A DNA stretch of 64,000 bases from Leptogorgia sarmentosa (GCA_964658305.1 OZ210885.1:1798001-1862000), one strand, 5' to 3'; shown: positions 1 through 12,709, numbered from the stretch's first letter. Made by a program: numbers and translations. The notes: a model not told the origin generated them from the letters alone.

Positions 1-210
1 ACACGCTAAAGTATCGTAGGGAAAATATACGCGCAATTTTGTCAAGCCGGCATAAACCTCTTTCATAACGTGTATAATATTCGCTGTGTGTGTTTAAGGT
101 AATACAATGTATAATTTGCGTCGTGATCCTTCTGCTTTGATGATCTAAATTCCATAGCAAACCTCTTTAATATCTTTGAAAGCAATGCCAATGTATAATT
201 TGCGTCGTAA

Positions 211-658
211 TATTTTTGCGTATCTGCGTATAAATCTACGGCACGCAGCGTCTCATTTCCATCCTACTTTTGATATCCAAACAACCCGCAAAACCTGCTG
301 TAATTCTGTCATGTTTACACTTACCAGATCAAGATAGGATAGTAGGATAGAAATGAGAAAAAAGTACAATATTTTAAACGATTTGCGAACTTGCTCGCTT
401 CGAAGTTTGAAGTATTTACAAATGGCGAACATGAGACACGACGCCGCACGAAATCAACATCGGAAATTATCGATATGCGAAAAGCTCTGCTCTGATTGGC
501 TACAAGCTAACAGCACGAAGCTCTGATTGGCTAGAAGCTAACAGCACGAAGCTCTGATTGGCTGCAAGCACGGTTACGGTTACAGTTACAGTTACAGTTA
601 CAGTTACAAGACGATAGCAATATATCTGCGTCACTACGTCACGCAGATACAAAAATTG
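211..658. mobile_element. Non-autonomous interspersed element, possibly Helentron/DINE-like, with an internal minisatellite, microsatellite and terminal stem-loop
   Basis: Terminal hairpin TATCTGCG..CGCAGATAC followed by AAAAATTG (623-658). An inverted partner TTTTTGCGTATCTGCG lies at ~213-228. A reverse-complement relative occurs at ~18666-18770. The left boundary is uncertain. Confidence 0.5.
489..608. repeat. 31-bp tandem repeat (2.6 copies) followed by a (GTTACA)n microsatellite
   Basis: GCTCTGATTGGCTA(C/G)AAGCTAACAGCACGAA-type units start at 489, 520 and 551. GTTAC(A/G) hexamers run from ~572 to 608. Confidence 0.9.
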
Positions 659-877
659 AAGTGAAAATAAAAAAAATCATAATTGTGATATTTTTCACAT
701 TCTTAGTTCTATTCCTTATCTTATGACTTCAGCGAGCAACAAAAGTTCTATTCACCACATGATTAAATAATACGGTTATAATAATTTATATCTCAAGGGT
801 ACGAAGCCTTTCATTCCCAAAGGTTTGTCAGCGATTGAAGGATCACGAAGGCATCGATTCTTTAAACTAGGCCTGCA

Positions 878-1738
878 TTAGGAAGCGAATAGACTGTTTT
901 TCAACGCCTTCAATGCTTTTTTCCCTTCTTTGCGTAGAACATCGTTTTTCCAGAAGAAAATAAGACAGTTGAATGTAGAATTCGCATTGGCTACAGTACT
1001 TGTCCAAAAATTAGCAGCTTTCGTATTTTCTGACGTTGATTTCTCAGCGATGTTGAACGCAATGAAGGAAAACGCTGGAATGTACATCAATAACAGAAAG
1101 CCAACGGCCAACAAACAGGTTGAAATGTCCTTTAAATTAACAGGTGGCATCGAAGATGTTGGTGACGTTGAGTTTTCGCGACGAACTTTTCGGCAAATCA
1201 TGAACAATTTGTAGTTGAAGAACACGAACGGAGGGAATACTGCAACGACGAAAATGAGCATAGCCTTTGGAAAGGAAATGACGAAGTCATTAGCAGAAAT
1301 TATTGCTAGGGTAATCGGCAAAAGAGATAATACGGCAAGGAGTGTTAGAAGTTTGCGTCTCGTGAGCGATGTTCGATGAAAAAATGGATAGTACGTTCCA
1401 AGATATCTTTCGATGCTCATCACCAGAAGAGCAATTAAAGAAAAGCCAATAAACATGTTCGAAATGTGCTCATAAATTTGCACCCTGGCTAGTAAATCAT
1501 TCTTTTCTTGCAACCACCAAACCAGGCGAAGAATTAGGATTGGATGATTCGTGATAACCACAAGGAAGTCGAAAAATGACAACACCATGATCATAAAATA
1601 ACATAATTTATTTCGAAGATACGCTGAACTTCTCGCGAAACTGACAATGACCAATAGGTTTAAAAATGTCCCAGCGCAAGTAAGAAGGATGTTGACAACA
1701 CACAGAAATATTGACTGGACCTGCACTGCAAGATCCAT
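878..1738 (-). CDS. Intronless rhodopsin-family (class A) GPCR, orphan
   Basis: Seven hydrophobic segments with class A motifs: GTFLN (TM1), LSFFD (TM2), SIERY (DRY-like) and NSTFNCLIFFW (TM7, NPxxY-like). The first ATG is at 1738 (MDLAV), matching the start of the paralog at 7474. Confidence 0.9.
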   Translation of the reverse strand: MDLAVQVQSIFLCVVNILLTCAGTFLNLLVIVSFARSSAYLRNKLCYFMIMVLSFFDFLVVITNHPILILRLVWWLQEKNDLLARVQIYEHISNMFIGFSLIALLVMSIERYLGTYYPFFHRTSLTRRKLLTLLAVLSLLPITLAIISANDFVISFPKAMLIFVVAVFPPFVFFNYKLFMICRKVRRENSTSPTSSMPPVNLKDISTCLLAVGFLLLMYIPAFSFIAFNIAEKSTSENTKAANFWTSTVANANSTFNCLIFFWKNDVLRKEGKKALKALKNSLFAS

Positions 1739-2643
1739 ATCTTCGGAAGAAACCAACTGTTACATCTAACAGTCTGTGCATTTAGTCTTGTATTGGCGGA
1801 ACTGCATGGTCTTAAACAACTTCCTGTACTTATTCTGGAATGTTTGATGACGTGGATCCACTTGCGTAGGCGGAGGGACGACCTTGTGGTGTGTTTGTGT
1901 TTGGGTGGGAGGGGGGGGGGGCGCAGTTAACACATCCCCCACTTTACGGTCAATCCGACGGTAGATTGATCTGTTTTAGACCTGTCGGTCGAGCAAGCAT
2001 TAAAATTAGGGCATTTTCACTAGGACATATGGGCTGGTGCTTGCCTCAATAGGAAACAATCGCTTCAAATTTGAGTATGTAAGACACAATTTTAAACAAA
2101 TTCTTTTTCAAATTTTATGTTTGAATGATTAGGCCAACCCAGTAAATTTTGCGATGTCGTTTGGATAAACACTGAAATTACTATTACTATTAGAGTATTA
2201 ACGCAGCCTCTACAAGATTATTTCAAATTCTCAAATTGAAAAATTTATTGAACATTCATGCACGTTATTTGCAAGAACACAATTTTCAATTTACAAGGAA
2301 AACATTTTCCTTTTGCGAGGACACCAAGTGTATACGAGGACACACTATTTTAATGCATGAAGACTTTGTTTTGACCGTTTAAAATTTAATATTTTCTTTA
2401 CCGAAATACAATATTAAACGGGCGGAGAGAGACAGACTGTCTGAATCATATCTAAGCTATTTTGTTGAATATGAAATTAAAGATTATTGAAGAAAGATAA
2501 AAATAATTATTTATTAAACACTTTGCTTATTAAGTACATAAAATACAACGTAAACAAAAACTTCATCAATGTTCGAGTTCCAGTCTGACAGTTCGATGTC
2601 ATTGGTCGATGGAAGAGTTGGGGTTTCCCACATACGGCTGGCA

Positions 2644-2847
2644 CGTACACACGTAAAAACGTGCAAGTCGTGACAAACCTGCAGCAGACTTGCTACAAGC
2701 TTGTTCCAACAGGCCAATATCAAGATGTGTTCACACTGTAGCAACTTGACAAAATAACGTGTTGTTACCAATTGTTGAAAGGCTTGCAACAAGCTTGTTG
2801 CGAACACATCTTGTTGTGACAAGTTGTGACATTTTTACGTGTGTACG
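2644..2847. mobile_element. MITE with 16-bp terminal inverted repeats
   Basis: CGTACACACGTAAAAA (2644-2659) and TTTTTACGTGTGTACG (2832-2847), with internal ACAAG(C)TTG repeats. Confidence 0.75.
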
Positions 2848-2949
2848 CATACAACCATTCGCATTCTTATAAACTGCCAACTTGGCTTTCCAGTTTCATG
2901 CAAGAAATGTTTAATGTTCCGGTTATCTCACTCTCCACTTGCTTGGAAG

Positions 2950-3900
2950 ATATCCCAAACCTGAACATTTTTTTGTCTAATGTTCCATATATTATACAGG
3001 TTGACTGAGTGCGAACCAGCAACTCTCACAAAGTGTTTCCGCAAGCGAGAATCAAATCGTGTTCCATTGACCGATATTCTTCGGCGATCTACCAAACAAA
3101 CCTCAGTTATCAGAATTTCCTACTGCATAACAAAGAACTGTGAGGATGCAAACAAAGAAAGTTTTTCGATTTCGAGAATATGTCAGAATATTAAAGGAAG
3201 ATTTAGGTGCACTCCGTCTTACAGGATATGAAAAAACGCTATTTAGGTACTTATTTTGTGTCATCAGTGTCCGACCAATTTTAAAATAAGCTACAGACAT
3301 GAATATGGTTGGGAGAAAGCATACTATTATACTATGATATACTATAGCTATGGAAATATTTGATATAAACAGTTCCGACATCGTTCCAAGGCAACAAGCA
3401 TAACGGTAGAACAGGTCCACAACCGGCAATCAAACCAACGATGATGAAACCACAAATGACTGAGCTTCAATTTCCGTCGACTTATGGCATATTTTAAAGG
3501 TTGCACGGTAGCACAGTAGCGAAGCACTGAAATCAACAATATCATAATTATTCCTGAGATTCGAAAGATATAGCTTGCATATTAATTAAAAAGACACTAG
3601 AATTTGGTGAAATTAAAAACTGCTTCTCCCAGGAACAAGAGATGCAAGAGGTAAAATTAATGATCAGTACACCCAGATCACAGATTGCAAGTTGTAGAAC
3701 AAGAAATTAGTAGTTGTTTCTCAACATATTCTTTCGTCTTAGTATGGAGATGATAACCAAAAGATTACCAAGAAATTTAAATACTACCGATATTAAATAC
3801 TAAAATAGATTGGTTCCGCCAATAAGAACCCGACACATAAGGACAATGTTCTCAAAGTGTCTTAAACCACTTGTCTGAGCTATATTGATAAACAGGAAGA
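2950..3900 (-). pseudogene. Class A GPCR pseudogene from a different subfamily than its neighbours
   Basis: Translates as LGNLLVIISILRRKNMLRNNY*FLVLQLAICDL with an in-frame TAA at 3707-3709. Also ISVLRYCATVQPL (TM3), FLPTIFMSVAYFKIG (TM5), RNRKTFFVC (TM6) and a frameshifted TM7 (SHSVN..IYGTLDK). Several frameshifts; boundaries approximate. Confidence 0.8.
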
Positions 3901-4512
3901 AGAAGAAAAGTTTCCGCAACTTTAGCATGAATTAGAAAATATGGATTTGAGATTTGAAAATTCGAGCATATTCTTCTATTTTAAACGATTAAAGAGTCAC
4001 GTTTTCGTGCTAGTTTTTGCAGTTAACTTCCCAAAACGGGAACGACATGTAAATTAGTTCACCAAAGATGTGTTGCAGATGTCGAGGACCACTTGAATCT
4101 CCATAAATGTCGACAAAGTTTGAATCTAAGAGCCGTCCTTTGTTATGAGCAGAACCGCTGACCATGAGGCACAATTCAAACCACTATAAATGTACTAAAA
4201 CTGCTTGATATTGTCCTTACCCTAATCTGCATTGCGTAGGTTGTAAATAAACAGCATGTGTCATAATTTCACATTGATACGTTTATTTCTAAAAGATTTG
4301 ATAAGTACTTATTTATATCACAATCTATTCTGCAATCTTGGAAAAAATATTTGTAGACTTTGAAAATAAAGCTTCTGAAATAAGCTCATGCAGTTATTTA
4401 TTATTTAAACTCCGTTATTTAGATTTATTATATAGTTAACAGTCAGGGCGAAAGCCAATCTGTGATTGGTTGATTCGTGGTCACGTGGTTTTAAAATTTG
4501 CAAATTGGCTCT

Positions 4513-4880
4513 TTTGAGCGATGTTCGATGAAAGAATGGATAGTATGGAGCGAAGAGGATATCTTTCTATATACGCTCAATTATCCGAAGAAGGATTATA
4601 ACGAACTACAAAAGCCAATTAACACGTTCAAAAGATAATTTCGTACTGATCACGAGAAAGTCGAATAATGGTAGCACCATGATTATAAATCATAACATAT
4701 AATAATTATTTTTTTCAAAGATATTACAGACATATTTATACTAGACTACGCATAGTCTATTTTGCCTTGTAAGCGCCCTCATTTTGACCCCAAGCGTCTG
4801 TACACGCAGGCTATATTTATACACGCTATGACCAATTAGTTCAAAATATTTTGACGCAAGTAAATATGACATTAACCAAA
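4513..4880 (-). pseudogene. Heavily decayed fragment of the 878/6626 GPCR family
   Basis: GAGCGATGTTCGATGAAAGAATGGATAGTA, AAAGCCAATTAACACGTTC, AAGTCGAATAATGGTAGCACCATGATTATAAA and ATGACCAATTAGTTCAAAAT..CGCAAGTAA match 1364-1690 collinearly, with deletions. Confidence 0.7.
4742..4813. mobile_element. 72-bp MITE with a 9-bp target-site duplication
   Basis: Imperfect ends TAGACTACG...CGCAGGCTA, flanked by TATTTATAC at 4733-4741 and 4814-4822. It interrupts the GPCR relic. Confidence 0.65.
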
Positions 4881-5079
4881 TTATTTTAGATCCATATCTA
4901 TAGTGTCTTCTTTTACGGACAGTAAAAATAGGTTATCATATACTCGGGATGAGGTTCGCTCACTCGGGACATTGGTGATATCATATCGTCCCTCAAGCGA
5001 TAAAACTGATATCACCTCATCCCTCGTATGATACATACTCATCTCGTACAATATAATACCTTTTCCGCTCACGCATTTG

Positions 5080-5280
5080 AGGGTCCCCTATACTTTTCGC
5101 GTGAAGCGTGATTGGGGTCATTTTTTAACTCGTGAAACGTGATTGGCGATTTATTTAATCCGTGATTCGTGATGGAAACGTTTTACGTGAGCGTGAAGAT
5201 TACTTTTGATTTAAGCGTGACTTGTGAACGAAGTCTAGAATTGAGTGTGATTCGTGAACAGCCTTTTTTGCGTGAACAGT
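5080..5280. repeat. CGTGA-rich repeat, probably the subterminal region of a DNA transposon
   Basis: About a dozen CGTGA motifs within 200 bp after GGGTCCCC. Confidence 0.5.
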
Positions 5281-6625
5281 ATTGAGAATTTTATGTACTT
5301 CTTTCCTTGGTTTTGAACATATTCTTTGACCATATGTCTTAGATGTCTTCAAAACGTTCAAAAATAATTTGAAGGTATAACGAACCACACTGTCCACACA
5401 GGAAATCAATAGACAGTCACACTCTACGCATGATACAACAACCTTGTTTGAAAAAGCAAAACACCACGACGTCGGTTGAATGTTCATTATCCTTGCAACA
5501 AATCTTTACTCCTTAAAATGGCTTCAAACGATTAACTCTATTAACTTACCAAATCCTGGCAGTTTGAGAAAATGCGAAAATAGCTTTAAGTTTTACAGGT
5601 AGACTGTTTAACGAAGTAGAACGGCTCGCGAAGACGGTTCATACAGACTGCTCTCTGTCAAACAATCTTCGCTCCGGGAGTGGACACGTTCACCTCATTT
5701 AGACTTGAACCCCTGGAGTTCAGATTAATAATTTGTCAAATACAAAGAAGCGAAGAGTTAGGCTTGGTTCAGACGTCGAACTTTTCATGTGTCGAACCAA
5801 ATGCAAATGAACTCAAACAAAGAACTTAGCTCGTTAACATTAGGTTCGGCCTCATTTCCAGATCATATTTACATAAGGTCGACGATTGTATTTTTTTTGT
5901 ATTGATTGCTTTCGAGAGGTTGGTGGCATGAGCGACGTTGAGTCGGTATCGTAGTGAGTGTATTCATTTCCTGTCTGCTAGAGTTACATAATTCAGACAT
6001 TTTTAGGGAAGGATTTTTAGACATTGGCTTGAAATATATTATGGTATAATGCGGTCTTTTCAGACCTTGATTGCCTTCACTCTCTGTGCAAATCATCATC
6101 TCTCGAACAGAAAATGAGACAGTTCAGTGTGAGAGATAACATTCTCCTCTGTGTTTGACCAAATAACGCGATGCGTTTGGAAGTCAAGTAAACGAGACAA
6201 ATATAAAGATGTTTTGTCATTATATATAATTTATGGAAATATGCTTTACAGGTAATTGTCTCAGCTGCTCTATAAAAACTAAAAAAACACGTCTCGGTCT
6301 CTATATGGGCAGCACTTTTCTCAATAGGAGACAGACAAACTCTTTAAGTTCAAACGATATCAAGAAGCTCACTGTTGGCCTTTTATTACCGCACGCGATT
6401 GCATGAATTACCTTTTTGAAAAGGCCCAGTAATGGCCAGTCCAGAAAATTGGCGTCAAAATCAAATAATTTAAAATTATGACAAATTTTCACATTAATTG
6501 TAGTCCCTATCTTGTGGCTTCAGCAAGCACCAAGACCCTACACGCTACCTAGACATATGTCAAGGTTACAAAGACTTTCATTCACGAAAGTTTTGTCGGT
6601 GATTGAAGGATCGGGAAGGCGAGAA

Positions 6626-7474
6626 TCAGCAAGAAAATAGAACCTTGAATGCTTTTTTCCCCTCTTTGCGTAAAACATTGTTTTTCCAGAAGAAAATAAG
6701 ACAGTTGAATGTAGAGTTCGCATTCGCTATAGTACTTGCAAAAAAAATTGGAGCTCTCTTATTTTCTGACGTTAATTTCTTGGTGAAGTTAAATGCAATG
6801 GAGATAAATGCTGGAATGTACATCAATAACAGAAAGCCAACGGCCAACAAACAGGTTGAAATGTTCTTTAAATTGACAGGAGACATCGTGGATGTTGATG
6901 ATGTTGAGTTTTCACGACGAACTTTTCGGCGAATCATGAATAATTTGTAGTTGAAGAACACGAACGGAGGGAATACTGCAACGAGGAAAATGATCAACGC
7001 CTTTGGAAAGGAAATGACTAAGTCATTAGCAGAAATTATTGCTAGAGTAATCGGCAAAAGAGATAATACTGCAATAAGCGTTACAAGTTGGCGTCTTGTG
7101 AGCGATGTTCGATGAAAAAATGGATAGTACGTTCCCAGATATCGTTCTAGGCTCATCACCAGAAGAGCAATTAAAGAAAAGCCAATAAACACGTCCGAAA
7201 TTCGCTCGTAAATTTGCACCCTGGCTAGTAAATCATTCTTTTCTTGCATCCACCAAACCAGGCGAAGAATCAGGATTGGATGATTCGTGATAACCACAAG
7301 GAAGTCGAAGAATGACAACACCGTGATCATAAAATAAAATAATTTATTTCGAAGATACGCTGAACTTCTCGCAAAACTGAAAATGACCAATAGGTTTAAA
7401 AATGTCCCAGCGCAAGTAAGAAGGACGTTGACAACACACAGAATTATTGACGGGACGTTCACTGCAAGATCCAT
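6626..7474 (-). CDS. Intronless class A GPCR, tandem paralog of 878..1738
   Basis: 282-aa ORF that is collinear and highly similar to the first copy (SLERY, NSTFNCLIFFW). The 5' and 3' flanks are also homologous; the C-tail is shorter. Confidence 0.9.
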   Translation of the reverse strand: MDLAVNVPSIILCVVNVLLTCAGTFLNLLVIFSFARSSAYLRNKLFYFMITVLSFFDFLVVITNHPILILRLVWWMQEKNDLLARVQIYERISDVFIGFSLIALLVMSLERYLGTYYPFFHRTSLTRRQLVTLIAVLSLLPITLAIISANDLVISFPKALIIFLVAVFPPFVFFNYKLFMIRRKVRRENSTSSTSTMSPVNLKNISTCLLAVGFLLLMYIPAFISIAFNFTKKLTSENKRAPIFFASTIANANSTFNCLIFFWKNNVLRKEGKKAFKVLFSC

Positions 7475-8110
7475 ATCTTCGGATAGAAATCAACTTGTCA
7501 TTTTACCGTCGATACACCGGTATGAACTGAGCTGTATTCCAACAACTTCCTTTACTTATTCTGGAATGTTTTATGAAGTGGAACACTGCGTATGCGCGTA
7601 GACGAAGCATATACGTGGGGGGGATTGTTGTGGGTTTTTGTTGGGAGGGGGCCGGGTAGTCGCCTCCCACATTCGACAGATTGATCTGCTTTTTATACCT
7701 CTAGACAGCTGTTATCATCGTCGGTACTTAAAACTCACTATCTCAGTCTGGAAAAAGTTAGGACTCTGAACTGGCCGTTTTCGACGATCTAGGGATTCAA
7801 AATTTCATCGCTTGGCGCCAAACATGATGGCGACCAATTGACAAATATAAATTCGTTTTTCAGTGCGAACTATCAAATTCCTGATGAAATGAAAATGACT
7901 ATAATTAATTATCCAAATTTCTGGTAGATTTGAAATTTTCCTCGCAGAAATACTGTACTAGAATGTGAATGCTATTACATGTTTTAACAAATTGCATAAC
8001 ATGGCCAGAAATGCGAGACATGCGCCTGTCTTGCTCAGCGGTTTTCTTCAAGATAATTTGAGAGCGCACGACTTTCCCACTGTGAATCAGTATGATAATA
8101 GCAAAACAAA

Positions 8111-9041
8111 ATGGCCGAAACTAGAAGCCGTAAAGATATTGACTATAGGCAATTGCACTTGTTTTCGTCGACGGGTTTATACGACACGGCGAGCAAAGGA
8201 AGAAAATCAAAATTTTACGATGCTGAAAGGGTCATTGCGCGAAGGAAAAGATCGAAAGTAAGTTATTTACTTGATTGTATGTAATATAATCTCGAGTTAC
8301 GGTCGGTGCCAGACACTGCCAGTGTAGTATAACATACATGTATTATACTGATTGTACGGATATTTGCGCCACAAAAATTGATCTTAGGTTTGATTATCTT
8401 TTCCAGAATTATGAATATCTTATTAAGTGGAAGGGATGGCCATTCCGTAGTTGCTCGTGGGAGCCATCAGGAAATTTAACCCCGGCTCTTTTAAGGTATA
8501 TATAGGCAATGTAACATATTTTACATTTTATTTCCACTTGCTGCTCTAGACATGTGGCTGAGAATCTATATTGGACATATATTGAATCTATATTTTTATG
8601 TTTAGGAGTTATGATCACCCATACAAACCTGACGAACCTAGGCTAGAAAGAGCTTGCCGGGATTTTGTGCACACAGTACAGTCAGGCCTAAAATCAAAAT
8701 CCTATGCCCCAATTTATGTCCATATGGAGTTAGATGTGTGGAGGTATATAACCCACAATAAGGGGGAAGAATGCGAGCACAAAGGCTACAAATTATACGA
8801 AAAAAATGAATTTGGGCATTTTGTGGGCTTACCGAACGACTGGTTTTATACCCTTAATGCACATGGTGAAGGCATGGCCATAGATTTTCCCATTAAGGCC
8901 AAACCAGTTTTGTCATGGACACCGTCAAAGTTTGTTGAAAAAAATGGGAAATTGGTCAAAGGAGAAAGAATGCCTATTGAAAAAATTGTAATCGTGTTTG
9001 TAAAGAGAGCCTGTAATATTAATAATGTAAATAGTACCTAG
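8111..9041 (+). CDS. Spliced chromodomain-containing protein (223 aa) with an uncharacterised C-terminal domain
   Basis: Exons 8111-8257, 8407-8495 and 8606-9041 have GT-AG introns and compatible phases (0, 2). The joined sequence FYDAERVIARRKRSK|NYEYLIKWKGWPFRSCSWEPSGNL fits the chromodomain consensus (Y-x-V/A-E..YLxKWxG..sWEP..NL). Confidence 0.8.
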
Positions 9042-9064
9042 GTTAACAATATGTACAATAAAAG

Positions 9065-9360
9065 TTATTGCTGTAATGCAATACGGTACATGTCGAGCAG
9101 TCTTGTAACATTTTTTACTTTCGTTTTGATGCCAAGATCTTTCAGACGTGAACGTAATTCGTCTGGGGTAAGAGTCAAGAGGGTGTCCTCATTTTCACTA
9201 GTCTCGTTAGACAATCGAGGGCGCTTGCTACGACTTTCCCGTATTCCTTTTGACCAGTAATCATCCGATTTCTTCTCATATCGCCTTGGTGTTCTACGTA
9301 CATCACTTAAATACCCTAGCCTTTTTTCAGCCAGCAACACATCTTTACACGCATACCAAT
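9065..9360 (-). pseudogene. 5'-truncated coding relic, possibly the C-terminus of a DNA transposase
   Basis: WYACKDVLLAEKRLGYLSDVRRTPRRYEKKSDDYWSKGIRESRSKR followed by a SAP/HeH-like helix pair (LTPDELRSRLKDLGI). No ATG-initiated upstream frame is visible. The family assignment is from recollection only. Confidence 0.35.
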
Positions 9361-12300
9361 AGTCAACACTATTTCATCTTCGCTCACAGAAGCCTTTCTT
9401 ACATAACTTAGGCATTGTTCAGTAGACAAAGAAATGCTGTATTTAAATTTATTTAAATCAAATTGTTTTAGAATATCTGACATAATCATTACAAATTTAA
9501 ATTATGGCGCTCAATGGCGCGAATCAAAATAAACAACGAACAGATGGGTATATAGGGGGACATTTAAAGCGAACCCTCTTTAATCCTCTTTAATCCTAAT
9601 ATAAACTATCGAAAAGCCTGGTTTCTAAGCTTCGTATTGATACCAAACATGGCGAAATATTTCAAAACAAACGCAGTTTAGGCAATGTTTTGGGCGTTCA
9701 TAGTCGCGCGAATCATCGTATATGGATCAAATTAAATCATTGAATTCCCTTGTTTTTAACGCTGAATTGTAACCTGTTAACATGGACGGATTATTTCGAG
9801 AATTGCTGTGCGAATATTCGTTGTGTTGTTGTTTACGAGGGAAGGGCGGCAAATTTGATCAGAAGTGAAACGGATCTTTAATGGCCGTAGAAAAATGCTT
9901 GTTATTGTGGAATTTGCGCCATTTATATATAGTAATACTAACCAATTGGAGATCAAAATTGCGTTCGAATTGTAACCAGATGGCGGTTGAAATAAGGTAT
10001 GAAAGTAATTTTGTTAGACTACCGAAGTTTCGATCGTATCATATCAAGTGCGGCAAATGAGTAAGCTCCGAACAAACTTGCTCAAATTTGAATATGATGC
10101 TGCTACTAATACATTCTTATAGAGCCTTTCCGCCATCTTTGTTTACTAAATGTCGAGTATGCGCAGTTTAAATGTCCCATATTTCTGGCCATGATATCTA
10201 GGTTGCTTCCTAACAACAGTATCAGGACTATTACTTCCAGTTAACTCTATAAGTTACCCACGCGTTGGGATTGTTGTTTCCAGTTGACGATGAACCATAT
10301 AAAGGGACATTTACTGAAGTATGGCACCTTATAAGAACATAGATATCTAAGAGCAACCGTGTACGACATCCGGGAAGGTTTCCGTAATTTTGACAGTTGG
10401 TGTGAAAATCAAACACTTCAAAATTGTGACAATGTTTCACATATATGTAGCCACTTCAAATTCCTAATTTTATACTGCCTATTTTAATTTAGCGGAGGAG
10501 TTTGTAGTTATAGGAATTCTAACTAGTTTCTAGTGGTCACATCTGAAGGTGAAGAAAAATATCGGCCCAGAGTTCAATGATGTGTCGTATTTTCAAACGG
10601 CACTAATTGAAAGTACTTAGGTATACAGTGATTTAAAGATGAATATTAATGTCCAAGCAAGCGAATACATAATAATATCATCAGTATTTCGTCCAAAACT
10701 GGGAATTTTCGTCCAAAGCTTTCAGTCCCTCAAATGTCTGTTCTTCTGACTTTGCTATATACTAACATCAGGTAACACTAAGTTCGATCTGGAAATGCGT
10801 GAAAGTCTACACATTTTGAAATTCAAAAGTATCCTTAACAACATCTCTTCTACACCTCATTAATCACTAAACCCACGCGAACATAACCTGGTTAAATGAT
10901 AAACCGGCATAACTAACGTCATTCCTAAATTTTGACACACTGGTTTCCTAACTTTCTTCCTTTTTGTCCTTTTAAATTTGAATAGCAACTTTTTCTTTAT
11001 ACACCTTCTATATTTTATAATTATAATGCTCTGATGTTGTAACCTGAAACGAAACGTTACCTAATAAATTCTATATAGCCTTGAATAAACATGGAACAAC
11101 ACACTTGTAAATACACTGTTGATATTGCACCTTCCGGAAGGGCGAGAGCAATTTAAAGTCATTGAAATAATTTTATCTCGAGTACTTGCTATTTTAAATT
11201 CTGTATTATTTATTTTATTCTATAATACGTGTTAAATAATACACACGGTATCCAGGCATGAAACACATGCAAAATAAAGTCTAGTTTCAACATTGTCGTT
11301 GGCTGTCGCTCGCTGTTGCCAAGAAAACATGGAGAAGCAACAAAAGTTTCCCTCACTATCCATCTACACGATACAAACAAAGTCGGCGTTTTGAGAAACT
11401 GCCCTTTGTCGGCAATTAGTCTGAGAGAATGCCTAGCGACCATACACGACAAAAATAAAAGTGGTTCGCTAGACTTTCGCTCTCAAACAACCAGCGACCG
11501 CTAGTGACCTTGAGCCCATTATGGAAACTAACCTTATGGAATTCGTTCATTCGATTTTAAGAACATAACAAAGTTTTCAACTTTAACGTACCTGTTTGAT
11601 ACACTTTCATCGACCTCAATAGATAATATCTGTCAGTACAAAAGAACAATGACATGAACCTAAAATATCTTAATTGTTTATTATCCACGGACGCACATAT
11701 CAGAATTTTCTGAGGGTTGTTTAAGGAGCTTGGGACCGACTCAGTAATATTCAAATATCACGAGCTGCCACCATGGTTGCCGCCAAGCGACAAAATTTTG
11801 AACATTTAGAACCTCTAGATTTCCAGAAAAGACCATTTCAGAGCTAGCTTTTATTAACTCCACCTTTTTTAAGATTATGACCTAACCTGATCGCGAATCC
11901 TTATAGCACCGACTGTTATAGTTTTGAGTGAAATCTGGACCGACTTTTCGCGACTTTGTAACGCTCGGCGGTTTGACACGCCCCCCCCCTTAATGACATT
12001 TGACACCCTCCCCCCTTGCTATAATTCTTAATTCCTTAATTCCTTGAATGACAATATTAATAAACATTGTAACAAGGTAAACTTTGAAGACTGTGTTTTC
12101 GCGGTTCAGCACGATGATCAATGAATTAGGTTCTTGGTTACATCCGTCGTTTTCTATTTGTATGTACTCTAACTGCGTGTTGCTAGCCAACTTTACCAAA
12201 ATCAGTAGAGTGTCTTTTCCGGAAGTAAAAAGTGCACTTGGTGAACCGGAAAAACGATCACTTGTTATGACGTCGCCGTGAAGGAGCTTCGTAACGAGGC

Positions 12301-12709
12301 AATGAATTATCTGTAATTCTTTAGTCTGTAAATAAATTGTGTCATTTTACAATCGGACCTTTTGAAATATTTTTAAAATTAAATTCATTATTAGAGCAAA
12401 TCGTAAGTCATGAAAGAGCGCAGAAACAAAAATGAATCACTGCATGCTTATCGAATATATCGATCACGAATGATTCACGAATCACGATTTTTCGACGCGG
12501 CGTTCCTTCACTGAGACGTACGTACTCATAAAAAGTGAGAGTTTTTCCTATTTACTAAGTTCACTTTTTACTTTGGCAAGATGCACTGTACTGATTTTGG
12601 TAATACGACAAAATTGTATATCATAGCAAATATTCTAATAATGGTAGTTATGAGAATATTTATTTTTGAATTTTGAACAAGAATATTTTTGTTCATAATC
12701 GACATACTG

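Noticed and set aside
930..1214. Plus-strand ORFs 930..1214 and 6603..6950
   Set aside because: They are antisense shadows of the GPCR genes; their similarity only reflects the duplication.
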